Notes under the pieces: generated by a model
What the model was told of the DNA's origin: nothing
What the model saw: only the letters and a program-made list of their open reading frames with translations
Database searches by the model: none
Shown: piece by piece, positions 11,425-24,715 of the stretch
How the letters are laid out: every line of letters starts with the position of its first letter
Position numbering within the stretch: the stretch's first letter is position 1
Assembly (NCBI RefSeq): GCF_026210795.1
Contig: NC_089435.1
Span: 1,240,001-1,304,000, forward strand
DNA: 64,000 nucleotides
Reading direction: 5' to 3'
Origin: Rhizophagus irregularis
Lineage: Eukaryota
Made by a program: the position numbers and the translations under genes

Positions 11425-11675
11425 TACCTCATTTAATTGGTTAAAAGTTTCGGCAAGTTCCTTAAGAGCAACTGTCATTTCACCTTTACGTTGTTTTGCA
11501 TAATTCCAATTAGTTATTGGACCATTGATCCAAGTCTCTTTCAAATCCTCCTTCGGCAATCAATATATTGTATTCTATATCCTTATATTTTTCATAAGGA
11601 ACAAATTCCATTCTAGAAGCGTGTTTTATAAAATTATCAATAAAAACATTTCCGCTTTATTTTGTTTGATTCATA
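11425..11675 (-). pseudogene. 5' fragment of a protein kinase gene
   Basis: Minus strand gives frameshifted MEFVPYEKYKDIEY..IAEGGF..TWINGPI..MTVALKEL..LNE followed by a GT donor, resembling the kinase N-lobe exons elsewhere in the window. Confidence 0.6.
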
Positions 11676-13220
11676 ATTCATCTTTTTTTTTACAAAAAGA
11701 ATTAATTTTATTTTTTCTCGAAATTATCTCTATTAAAATATAGAACAAACACGTAGACTAACTAAAAAAAAATTTAATTCAATAGTGGATCATAAAATTA
11801 ATTTTTTAAATTTTACTTTTCTTATTTATTTTATTTTATTTTATTTTTTACTACAATCATTTTACGTAAATTTTACGTAATAGAATTTTTAAATGACTAA
11901 TTGTTTTTAATATAAAAAAAGAATTCATCATAAAAATTCGGTTATTGAAAGAAAATTCTAAAGAAACAATAAAAAGATCGTGTAATATCGAACATAATTT
12001 CTAAGTACTTTTTAAAATCATAGATGGGAATTTTTTGCATTTATTATAAGAACTACAACTAGACAAAAAGGAAAAACATTATTACAAAAAAAAATATCTA
12101 AACTAAAATTAGAAATTAATCATTTTTCATTTTCTTTATTCATTTAATAATCAATATTCAACTCATAGCCTATGGAATATAAAGAAGAAACTTCACACGT
12201 CGTGCTACAAACCAACGTTAACTCATTTCCGAAACCCTATCTCATACTATCCAAAATCATTTTAGTGCGAAATAAAATTATGAATATGTGAAAAATGTTG
12301 TAATGACATCAGCACTGAAATCGATTATAATGGAATTTGTACATATTTAGAATTTAGCTATCATTTTTTTTATGTTAATTACTTTTACGAAATTATTTTC
12401 CGTCATTTGTGCACAATACTTTCAATATAATATTGATTTTATTAAAAACTTCTTAGTTGTTTTAATTCTCTTAAATTGATTATTTTAAATAGTAAAGTAC
12501 TTTTAGGAATAGTCAAAATTGTAAAACAGCGGGAATTATCATGAAAAGAAATAACAAAAATGAAAGGTGATGGAAATAATAAACCTCTAAGAAAATATAA
12601 TAAGTACATCTAATGCCTAATTACATCCACGCGTTTACCAACTTGTCCTATATCTCATATTTTTTTTATATGTCCAAATTGAACAACTAAATTTTTACAA
12701 TTATTTTTGTAATAATTAGTTTTTATGAAGCGCCGGCGGAAGGTTCCTACAAAATAAAAAATAGTTAAAAATATGGTGGGTAGCTCATCGGACATATAGA
12801 TTTATCAGATTGTATGTGTTAATGTGCGTTCGGTATATTAAAATATTCACATTTAAAAACGACAAAAATAGGTTATCAGTTATACAACATTTTCGCATAA
12901 TTATTTAGTATATATTCGTTGTGTTCGGTGTAAAATGTTCGACACGGCAATAAACCGGAAAAAAAGTAATAGCAAGATTAAAAAGCGGATAAGCTAAAGT
13001 TATGTAGTAAATAATCGTAAATCAGCAGTAAATCAGCACAGAAATTAAAAATAAATTTGTAATTTATTAAAACAGCTATGACAAACGATTTTCTTACAAG
13101 TGAACACTGCTAATAAAATGATCAACAAGCTGCAAGCAGTTTTACAAGTATATAAGGGTTAACCGTTCAACAAAATTGTCAATCATTTTCTTTTCATTTC
13201 TTTTTTAAAATTTATAAATT

Positions 13221-14725
13221 ATGGATGATTATAATCTCTTACCAAAATTATTTCAAAATTTACTTGAAATTTTAAATGATGATGAATATTATGATGTTAC
13301 TATTGAAGTTGGTAATGATCCTTATATAAAGATATTTCGTGCTCATATGGTTATCTTACATTATCGTTCCACGTATCTACGAAGAATGTTGTCAACAAAT
13401 AAAAAGAATAATGATGGGACCTTGGTTCATATAAAATTACCAAATATTTTACCTGAAATTTTTCAAATAATTTTGAGGTAATAATTAAGAAGAAAAAATA
13501 ATTAAATTAAAAATTACAAGATGAATATAATGTATAACAACATATTTAAATTAACGCTTTTTTATTTTTTAGATATATTTATAGTGGAAGAATTTCCTTG
13601 GAGGAATATGATACTTCGGATATAATTAGGATCTTGATTGCCGGGAGTGAACTTGGTCTTCAAGAACTAATCACTTATATACAATCCTTCTTGATTAAAA
13701 CTAAGGCAAATTGGATGGAACAAAATTTTAATTTGATATATCAAACATGCTTTGAGAACGATTCTTTCTTGGAACTTCAAAATTTTTGTACTAATTTAAC
13801 CTCCAAAGAGCCAGATAAGATATTCAAATCTCTAAATTTTGCTTCAATTCCAGTAAAACTTTTGATCACAATTATTCAAAGTGATAATCTTCAAATGGAA
13901 GAAATTCAAGTATGGAAGTATGTGCTTAAATGGGGACTTGCTCAAAATCCAGAACTTCCTTTTGATCCCGCAAATTTTTCAAAGGAAGATTTTAATACTT
14001 TGAAAAATAGTTTACATAATTTTATTCCATTTATTAGATTCTATAATTTAACTTCTGATGAATTTTCAAAAGAAATATTACCTTATAAAAAAGTTTTACC
14101 AAAAGAATTATATAAAGATTTATTAAAATATTTTTTGGATTCTAACAACCAATCAATTAAACAATCAAAACCTCGTATGACTACTAAGAAAAATTATATC
14201 GATATTGATTCTAAAATCATTACAACTCAACATGCTGAATTAATCTTGAAATGGATCGATAGATTAAAAATTACAGATGAAATAGAAACCGCGTACAAAT
14301 TCCAATTGTGATTTCGTGGATCTCGTGATGGATTTACAGCTATAAAATTTCATGAAATCTGTGATAATCAGTCTAATACTATAACAATTGTTAAAGTGAA
14401 AGATAGTACTGAAATTCTTGGGGGATATAATCCAATTGAATGGAAATCTGATGATTCTAATGGCATTACTAAAGATAGTTTTATATTTTCTTTTAAGAAT
14501 AGTGATGATATTGAAAGTTATATTTTAAGTCGCGTAAAAAATGAAAGATTTGCTATATACAACTATTATGATAATGGTCCAAACTTTAGTAATTCCCTTA
14601 CTTTAATGGATAACTTTGGTTTTTGTGAAAATGATTATTACGAAAATCAAATCAGAGAAACTTATGATAATTTTTTTATGGAAGAATATGAAGTATTTCA
14701 AGCTATAAGAGAAATTAGTTCGTAA
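13221..14725 (+). pseudogene. BTB/POZ-BACK-TLDc protein gene with one in-frame stop (exons ~13221-13478, ~13573-14725)
   Basis: BTB motif YYDVTIEVG..FRAHMVILHYRS; GT..AG intron; TLDc motif read as FQL*FRGSRDGF..FHEICDN..ILGGYNP..EEYEVFQ, with TGA at 14309-14311 and frame continuing. Confidence 0.85.
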
Positions 14726-15647
14726 TAATTGATATGGCTGCTTTGTAAATTTTTTAAAAAGAAATAAAATATAATAAATAAACATATAATCTTCAGAAAT
14801 TAGAATAATTATTAGAGAAATGTTGTTATGTTATCTTAATGATTGATTGACTAGTTTTTGTATGCATATTATTAAAAATTATTTTAGAAATACTTTGGTC
14901 GCAAATTGTTTTTAATTTTACCTATATATTTAGCTGTTGAGAAATTAATACCGTTACCGTATTAATAAACAAAAAATTTAAGTTTGGAACATGTACATAT
15001 CTTTGGGCTGCATTGGGTTGTGGGTTGCATTATATTGAATCTGATCAAAATTATGGTCTTAACCGATTAACTAATTTTTAAGATTAGTATCTACGTCAAA
15101 AAAAATAAAGCTCATTTATAGTTATAATCAGAAATAAATATTGTCATGTGATTTTTTATTATTATTGTGATTTCATCTTTCGTTTTTGTAATTAATGCTT
15201 AAGATTGCGATCATTATTTAAAAATATTCCAGAGCTTAATTTTGAAATAATTGAATAATTGACGGTCAAACTTTTATTCTTTTAATAACTTGGCGAATAT
15301 ACTTAAAGCTTTAATCACTGACCATCAGCACTGTCTTGAAGATGAATATAAAAAGTTTTTATATTATTTATTTTGATTTCACAAATTGGAGATGGTTTTA
15401 CACTATATGTATAATCTTGATAATTTATATTTAATAATTTGATAAGTTAAGAAAAATCAAGATTTATTTAAATTACAAACTAAGAATTTTGTAAAATATT
15501 CATTACTCTAACATTAGTTTTTAAATAATTCTGAGTAAAAAAAAATAAAAAAAGAATATACAGTATATATTTAATATTTGGATAAGCCATATAAAAAAGA
15601 ATTATTTAAATTACAAACTGAATTATAAAACTAACATAATCTTAAAA

Positions 15648-18600
15648 TTATTTTTTTGCACATATTTCTTTCAATAATTTTTCTAATTCCTTTAATTTCT
15701 CTAATTCCTCTAATTTCTCTAATTTTTCATCATAAGATTTTAATTTCTCCAATATTGCCTCATTGTCAATAGGATTATGTTCAATTTCAAGTTTTTTTAA
15801 TAAAATATTCACCATCTCTGTGAATTCCTTTGTATTCCATTCACCCTCTTTAATCAATCTTTGAACTTCTCCTCGAGTCTTATCAAAATCGGCATAATAA
15901 TGTCTTGAAAATAAATTTGAATAATTAATAAAATTAATAAAATTATAACATTAAATTTTTTTTAAAAGTAAAACTACATACATTACTTCAGGGAACCATG
16001 TTTGCCAACGTCTCTGATGTGGTAATAGGTAAAATAACTCAATCTCAGCCAAAATCTTCAAAAATGAAATCAAGATATATTAGTATATTTACAGAAATGA
16101 AATGTTTAATAATAATATTATTTACCTCTGCCTTCTGCATCAAATATGAGACTCTATTATTATCTTCTTCAATTGCATCATTGAGTAATCCAATTAACAA
16201 ATTCATAAGATATACAACAACTAAAAGGGAAAATAAAACAATCAATACTGCAATTGATGGATTTTCTGTATATGTCCAATTGGATAATGCACTTGAATCA
16301 CCTATTGATAAGAAGAATTGCTTAAAAATATTAGAAAATATCATATATATTTACATAACTATGAAAAATTAAAATATACCTATTAAAAATAAATATATAG
16401 CAAAAAGGGAAGTTTTAATATTCATAAACATGTTTGTATTTCCATCAGGAATTTGAATCATAAGTGGATTTGAATTTATATTTCCATTATTATCAATTTG
16501 ACTATAACTAGGAGCTAAATTCCAAGGATTATTTGGATCATCATTATTATTTGTATTATATTGTTCAAGTGAAAATTCAGATTTTGGTGATAATAAAATA
16601 TAAAATGCATGTGCAAAACTTATTATAATAATGAATAAGACTAATAAAAAAGAAAAAATCTTTTTTCCAACACTAATAATTATTGCAAAATATACACCAA
16701 AATATTCAAATGCTCTAAAAAATAACAAAAATTTTATATCCAAAAATAAGCATGAAAAAGAGTGAAATTAAATTAGATACTTATTATTGTTCTTATCATT
16801 TGTTTGAAGCCAATAAATAGAAGTGTAGATTGAAAGTACATAAGCAATTATATCTACAATATTAAAATATTATATAATTAATTTCATTTCTTAAAACATA
16901 GTAAATAAACTTTTATATTTACCAAAAATATTCCAAAAATTCTTGAACCACTCAGTAATTTTATAAAAAAATTGACGAATTTCTAAAATCAGATGAATAA
17001 ATCCAAGTATAATCGAAGCAATAAAAAGTTGTTGTCTAACTTCTTCATTAATATATTTCTGAGGAACTGTTGCAGCAGTAGTAAAGCATCCAAGCAAAAC
17101 CATAAATAACATCCAAATCATTGCATAATAATATTTTCCATAAGCATTCCATTTAAAATTAATTAATGCTTCACCATTCCATGTTTTATAAATATTTCTA
17201 TTTATTGTTTCAGTAAATGGACTAGGTTGAGGTCTAATTAATTCTAAAAACCAATTATAATCTTTTGAATAATTAACAAATTAATATAAGGAATCATAAA
17301 AGTAATTGTTGGTGTCATTGTTATGTATTTTTTAAAAATTTTAAAAATTTTATGTTCAGTATAAAAATAAATAGAAGAAAATAAATCTTCATCATAAATA
17401 TTATTGATAAAATTGTATTTTGATAAAATATAAAATGTAGCCAAATAAAGGGGTAAAGTTAAAAGTATTATTAAAGCTTGCAATATATTAATAAACAATA
17501 GTATTCCTGAATCAACAAAATAAAATTAGTATTTTGTCCATAAAAGAGATTTTGACAAATTAGCTATTTGAGAAGATTGAAAAAAAGAATCAAGATGTAA
17601 ATTTTTATTTTGATGCTCTATACTATAAAAAGAAGAATCTATGATCATATTCGTTTCTGATGAATATTTTAGAATATATTCTGGATAATATTCATCTAGT
17701 AATGGCATTGCGGAAGTGATAATGCTTAAAAATGACTTATTGTTCATTAAATCCTCTTTAAAATAAGTCATACATTTTTTATAAATCTCATCAATTAATT
17801 CTAACTTATGTTCTTTAATTGCAAATGTTAATAATTGAACTCCATATTTCAAAAGACTTGACTTATTATTTATTACGTCTGAAACCCATCCATCTAATCT
17901 AAAACTATCATAATTTAGTAATGGTAAAGTAGATTTTGAAAACATTCTTTTGTAAAATTGAAGTGTTTTCGTATTTGTATAACTATAGAATTTCATAAAA
18001 TAAAAATAGTTTAAAAAAATAGATTTGTCTTTTTCACTAGATTTGTTATTTTCACTAAAAGTATAAATAAGAATACCAAATGTTGTCAATATAACAATAT
18101 CATCATTACTAAATAATAAACTCGCAATTAAATAATGATTATTGCAGAAATCACTACCATCATATTTATAAGGATAATAATAATTTTCAATTCTTATGTT
18201 AATTAATTTCCATTTAGTATTAATTTTAGAGCTCCGAACGGGAATCGGGTAGGGTCGGGTAATTGACTTAACCCGACCCGAGGGGGAGTCACGAATTTGA
18301 TGACCCGACCCGAATATCACGGGTCAGTTCGGGTACCCGACCCGACCCGTTGACCCGATATTTTGGATCAAAAAAAACGTTTCGGCGTTTTTTATATATC
18401 AAATTATAAGAAAAAACTCCAAACGTTTTTTTTTTACAATTATTTTGTGGAAAAGAACGGTTTGGCATTTTTTTTACATATTAGATTACGCCAAAACGTT
18501 TTTTATATCGGGTTGGGTCGGGTACCCGACCCAACCCGTTGATGTTTAAAAAAAAAACATTTTTTTGATTCATTTAATGAAAAACGTCGGGTCGGCTTTT

Positions 18601-20738
18601 TTTCATTAAAAAAATGTTTTTTTTTGATTTATTTAATGAAATAACGTCGGGTTATACGTTTTTTCATTAAAAAAACGTTTTTTTTTATTCATTTAATGAA
18701 ATAACGTCAGGTTCGGCGTTTTTTCATTTAAAAAACGTTTTTTTTATTCATTTAATGAAATAACGTCGGATTCGGCGTTTTTCATTAAAAAAACGTTTTT
18801 TTTTATTTATTTAATGAAATAACGTCGGGTTCGGCGTTTTTTCATTAAAAAACGTTTTTTTTTCATTCATTTAATGAAATAACGTCAGTTTCGGCGTTTT
18901 TTCATTAAAAAACGTTTTTTTTTGATTTATTTAATGAAATAACGTCGGGTTCAGCGTTTTTTCATTAAAAAAAGACGTTTATTATTATTATTTTTATGAA
19001 CAAACGTCGGATTCAGGTCAAAAAAACGGGTTGGCATTTTTTATATATAAAAAACGCTGAAACGTCTTTTATTGACCCAAAATATATTGGGTCAACGGGT
19101 CGGGTCAGGTACCTGACTTGTGACTGACCCGACCCGAGGTCGGGTCATTAAATTTGCTACCCGACCCGAATTTTTCGGGTCAACCCGTCGGGTCACCCGG
19201 GTTGACCTGACCCGTTCGGAGCTTTAATTAATTTTTTTTGAAAACTTCCAGTTTAATTTGACCGTTACCAACAAGTATATCCCATTTAATTAAATTTCCA
19301 GCTAGTTCAGTTGATTCTTTTTCTCCATCAATGGCTTTTTGAAATAATGTAGACACAGTATCCGTATATAAATTAAATGAATGAACATTTAAGTATTCAT
19401 CACATTCAACAATTTTGTTATTTTCTTTATTTAATTCATCAAAATTTTCAGATGAAAAGTTCATCTTTGACATCTTTTCGTCAAATTTAGATTTCCAAAC
19501 ACGTTTATTTTGAATTCCAAACGCAAACTTTGTTTGATCATCAGTTGGTTCATAAATTGATATATCAAATAAAGTGCGATTAAACTTAGTTTTGTATTTA
19601 TTGTTCCAGCAATTTTTGATTTCTTTATCTGGGGTATAATAAAATAAAGAAGGTAAAAGAAATAAACCAGTATGATTCATAAAATTATAAAGTTGAATAT
19701 CTAAATATAAAATAATGATTTAATATGAGTAATAATTAAAGTATAAATGAAATTTTTAAAAATGGTTACCATCATTTATATCCAAAGAAGCAATAGGAAT
19801 TCCCAATTCGATTGAATAAACGATGATTTTATCATTGATTTTTAGAAAAGTAAATTTTTCATAATTACTGAATATTCCGATATTTTTTGTTTCAAACTAA
19901 AAAATAATTAGTATTTATATATTTAATTATAATTTAATATTGATTGGAAAATAAATTTTATAATATTTATTACCTTATTCTTATCTTTATTATTACCAAA
20001 TATTTTTACACCTCTCTCAGTATTAATATTCCATTCATAAATGTAATCATTTGAAAACAGGTAAACTTTATCATATTTTGATATACCAATTAATTCATAA
20101 TCTTTGGGTATCTCGTAAAATCTCTTACATTCCCATTTGTTATTTTTAGTTTGTGTGGAATAAATCCAAATAATTTTACGTTCCGAAACAAGGCTATCAT
20201 TACCATATAAAATAAATTCACCTTTTAAATTAAAGGTACAATAATAATGATAATGCTTTAGATGATAATCTTTTATATTTAAATCCAAGTCAATATTTTT
20301 ATCTTCATTATCTTTATTATTCATATCAATTACTAAAAAAAATATTAAAATAAATATAAATTACCATAATTTAATAATTACATAATCAAATAATTATTAC
20401 TTACCAGTAATAGTAGCAAAATAGTAACTAATACAAGCAAGTTTCTTATCATCAGAAACGCATAAACTTATGATTTTATCTTCATTAATTTTAACAGCTT
20501 GATGAAATTTAAGTTGAACCTTATCTATATTTTCAACATTCCAACCGACAATTGAACGATCTTCTTCACTTTGAGTAATAAGGTATTTTTCATTTGGTGA
20601 TATTTCTATCATAGTAATAGGTTTACCATTATGTCGTTCATCATCGAAGGTAAAAAACTTATCAACAACATTTTTATCAACATCGATTTCGATTTTGTCA
20701 ACATTATCGTTAACTTCGATTACTGAATTGTCACTCAT
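15648..20738 (-). pseudogene. Multi-exon TRP-like ion channel gene, disrupted by a MITE and frameshifts
   Basis: N-terminal beta-propeller-like exons, then TWNGEALINFKW, hydrophobic helices, FLLFFRAFEYFGVYFAII, SFAHAFYILL, VVYLMNLLIGLLNDAI, YLMQKAE, QRRWQTWFPE. Insertion at 18227-19226; frame breaks near 19235, 17525 and 17280. Confidence 0.8.
18227..19226. mobile_element. Non-autonomous hAT-type element (1.0 kb) in a channel exon
   Basis: TIR TAGAGCTCCGAACGGG / CCCGTTCGGAGCTTTA; 8-bp TSD ATTAATTT (18219-18226, 19227-19234); subterminal GACCC motifs; internal ~57-bp tandem repeats. Confidence 0.93.
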
Positions 20739-21599
20739 TTGGAAATCGCTTATAAATATATACTAAATTTCTTACCAAAGAAATTATTTTTTTTTATATC
20801 GTCCATTAGCGATTATATAGTTTTTTTTTTCATTTGAAACACGTGTAAATATGCATGGTTATACGACTTATACGTACATAAAAAAAGAATTTTTTTTTAT
20901 TGTATAAGCTAATTAAGTTTATATATTGAAACACAAATCAAATATTCATTGCCGTACGCAAAAATTTTGCCTCTTGCATGAAAAAAAAATTTTTTTTATT
21001 GTGAAAAGTTAATTGAGCTTTTTTTATTTTGAAACACATAATAAATATGCATGTCTGTACGTAAAATTTCGCCTCTTGCATAAAAAAAAATTTTTTATGA
21101 AAAGTTAATTGAGCAATGATCAACTTTCGACATAAAAATTTTTCATTGTGAATCAAATTTAAGTATTTTTTTTCTTTTTTGTGTGTGGTTGTACATATAT
21201 ACTACAAGGAAATTTTAAATAAATAATTTAAAATAAACAGAAGTGCCATTTTGGAAAAGCGTATTTTTATTTATCTTAAACTATAATAAAAACCTCACTG
21301 CAAATAGTAGTACATGTTTTATATAAACATCAAGTTGTCTTAGCCATTCTAATTTCTAAATAGTTCCAAATAAGAATAATAAGGCGATACAAAAAAAAAT
21401 TGGTTCTCATATCCCGGACGAGTCACTGGAGTGGAAAATCTATCAACCAATAAAAATGCTCCACAACATCCATTTGAACACAAAAAAAAAAATAAAAATA
21501 TTCCGGTTACATATGGATATCATTTAATATCACGTGTCACACTTAGTGCGATGATATAAGTGCTTAAATTTAATTTTATAATAATTTAATAATCTAAAC

Positions 21600-23070
21600 C
21601 TATCTTATGGATCATGTATTACCCCTCTCTTCCAATGAATTAACGCTTTACACGACCGTCATTTGACTTTGAACATGACCAAAATCACTAATATCCATAA
21701 TCGTTCTCTCCATGGACACCTAACGAAAGCGATTTGGCATGTAAATAACGACGCCCTGAAAGCTTGGGAAATAGTGTTTGTATCCGGATATAGCAAATCC
21801 GGTTGTATTAATGGATATCTGGTAAGAAGTGGGTATCCGGATAAAGGTTTTTTTGAGTTGACGTTATCCGGATACAATTTTAGTCTAAACGGATCCTCCG
21901 GATATATCCGTTTATGTTAGCAGATCAATACATTTTAAGAAATATTAAATGCCAATCTGCACAATGTAGTAATAATTGTCTCAATGTCCAATATTTCGCT
22001 ACATGAATCACCAAGTAATAAAAATACTAAAACGCGTTAAACCACTTTTTATCTTGCTTATCGTCATTTGTAATACTCCATTTTCCAGTATGACACAGCG
22101 CAAAAGCGATCAATATTACTTCTTTTTTGACTTCTCCCTCTCCAAATGCGGCATCTACTCCCTCAGAATGACTGTTCTCAGACGCGGGAAATCTTTTAAC
22201 TGTTAAGAGAACATGAATGAAACCTGAGTTATTTAGTCGTGTTATGTTCTTAAAACGGAATAGTCCCCATTTTGCTAATATTCACCCAGCTCAACAATTA
22301 ACTACTACTCCTATTGATGTTTAAACTATACCTTATATAAATTACACAAATAAATTCATGCTTTTGAGATAAATTTTATTTTTTTTATATTTACAAATTA
22401 TTATACAATATTAATGATATATGTATAAATACAATAAATTATATTAAGTTCACGGATTTTATCCGGGTATAAACTCGCTAATGACCCGTTAGACATCCAC
22501 GAAGATCACGGATTAATCCGGATGGATATCCGGATTTGTAAAAAATATTTTATCAGATAACCGGATTTGAAAATTCTTAACGGAGACGGATTTATTTATC
22601 CGGATGATATCCGGATACAAACACTATTGGGAAAAAGGTGTCAAGGTCACTAAACTGACAAGACTCGATATTCACGAAACTTTCCAAATATAAATACCTC
22701 TTCAATTACCCAGGTCGGGTTACACAACATACACCTTCGACGGACGCTCCGAGCATTTTTTGTCAAGGACATTTCGTCCCGTTATGGGTCATTTATATTA
22801 CTTATAACTATCTTCAAGCTGGTGGATGGTTCACGAATATTTCTAGTTTCGATTCTTTTGATACTTTTTATAGGGAATATAATAATTTTTTTTCTTTTTA
22901 TAGTACTTTTTCTTCTTTTTTTAATTTAGGGTTTAGTAGTAGTTTTAATTATCAGGGTTCTAGTTTGGTTTAGTATTTCTTTTTCAATACAAGTTTCTAT
23001 TTTATGTTCGCGAGAACACTAAATATTGTAAATTTTTACTATAAAATTCATTAATAAACCGATAAAACTA
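21600..23070 (+). mobile_element. Possible decayed 3' end of a non-LTR retrotransposon, split by a hAT insertion
   Basis: Broken reading YLMDHVLP..AIWHVNNDALKAWEK|GVKVTK across the insertion, then a T-rich tail ending near AATAAA at ~23053. Family assignment is inference. Confidence 0.35.
21772..22626 (+). mobile_element. Internally deleted hAT element retaining the transposase C-terminal dimerisation motif
   Basis: TIR TAGTGTTTGTATCCGGATA / TATCCGGATACAAACACTA; TSD TTGGGAAA (21764-21771, 22627-22634); 22148-22260 reads AASTPSE*LFSDAGNLLTVKRT*MKPELFSRVMFLKRN. Confidence 0.92.
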
Positions 23071-23748
23071 GTATTTTTTTTTCTTTAAAAATAAGAATCA
23101 AATGTATAAGAATGACGTAGTAGTCTTTTTATTTATTGATATTTAGTCTTAAAATATCATCAAAATATTAACTTTCAAACCATTAATCAGTGCATATCTC
23201 TAAATTTTGATATCGTATACCATTTAAATGAAGTTATGAATAAATTATGTCTAATAAATTGCAACTATATATTTCATCCATATTCTTTTACCTTACAATG
23301 CCGATAATATTGGTATATAAATTTTCTTATATATTACAAGTTAGCTATACTAATGTTTATATTCGATCGAAGCCATAACTACATATTTATAGGAAGAAAT
23401 GCTATGATTTATAAAACCATTTTAATACAATATAGAGCAACGTATAATCTTTTTGAGTTTTTAACTTAACTTTCTTGATTAAAATTTATACCTCCAAACC
23501 GTAAGTGAATTTATCTTATTTTAGTTTATACTCAACATTTTGAATGGTAATACAAACGATTAGGCGTTAAAAAATAAAGATAGAATTTTATACAAATAAA
23601 ATACATTTTTTATATTGCAACTTGTTAAATAGGAATTTACAAAATTATTTAAATTTATAAATTTAACTCAATTTATCATAGTAATTTTTTAGACTAGATT
23701 GAGTTCAGTTATAGAGGGATCTGCTTCTTTCTAGATGTTTTAATATTA

Positions 23749-23979
23749 GGCCGGGCAAAAAAAAATTTTTAGATTCTCGTGACATAAAATTTTTAAAAAT
23801 GACCCGGCCGGCCGGCATTTTTTTTTATATTTGTAAAATTTTTTCATATGTAAAATTTTTTTACGCCACATTGGCCAATAACATGATAAAAATTTTTTAC
23901 TATAAAAAAAAAATTTCCATTTTTCGAAAAACTGACCCGGCCGGGTAACGAGAATCTAAATTTTTTTTTTTGCCCGGCC
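23749..23979. mobile_element. PIF/Harbinger-type MITE
   Basis: TIR GGCCGGGCAAAAAAAAA..TTTAGATTCTCGT / ACGAGAATCTAAA..TTTGCCCGGCC; 3-bp TSD TTA on both sides. Confidence 0.85.
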
Positions 23980-24212
23980 TTATGTAATCAATTTATTGTA
24001 ATTTTTGCATAATTAATAAACGCGCTTACTGTGTTTAAATCTTTCATGTGCCAATGTAACTACTTTTTTTTTTTTTAAGATGTTCTAAAAAAAATCAAGC
24101 TGAAAAAAATTATATTATTTGTTAATAAAGTTATTAATTTTTAAAATAAAAACATTGATTTTTGCAAAGTATTTTAAAACCTTTGCATATTAATAAAAGT
24201 TTTTTACTTTAA

Positions 24213-24328
24213 ATCACTGGGATGATCATCACCGTTGGCCAGAATTATCAATTTTTACCGGCACTATATTCTTTAATGCTGGTCAATCGTCATAATTTCA
24301 GTCACTGGTGATCATCACTCTCGGTGAT
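24213..24328. repeat. ~117-bp dispersed repeat with inverted ends (copy 1)
   Basis: ATCACTGGGATGATCATCACC..GGTGATCATCACTCTCGGTGAT; close copy at 30073-30191. Confidence 0.8.
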
Positions 24329-24715
24329 AGAAAAATTCTTAATAAAAAATATTTAATTATTACTTGATTATCGCTTTAAACGTTAATAAAAACAAATAAA
24401 ACTTAATTTTTGCGATATAATTTTAAAAATTATTACATATTAATAAAAAGATTAATTAAAAGTACCCTGGATGCTGCAATCCGGGATTTTTGATCTACGG
24501 CGCTTCAATCGCTTCATATATAAATATATACACCTACCACAGTTACACAGTACACCTATTTTTTAAAGTATCACCTGGAAGTGATCGATAGTTACTGTAC
24601 CTCCTGTACCTCCATGCACAATTACGTTTTGGTAATACCAGTCCTTATAATAAGCAAACTTAATATTTTTTTTACATTTTTTCATTCAATTTATCTTCGT
24701 CAATAAAACCCAATA

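Noticed and set aside
21659..22206. ORFs 21659..21877, 21663..21920, 21976..22206
   Set aside because: They straddle or lie within the hAT relic; not independent genes.
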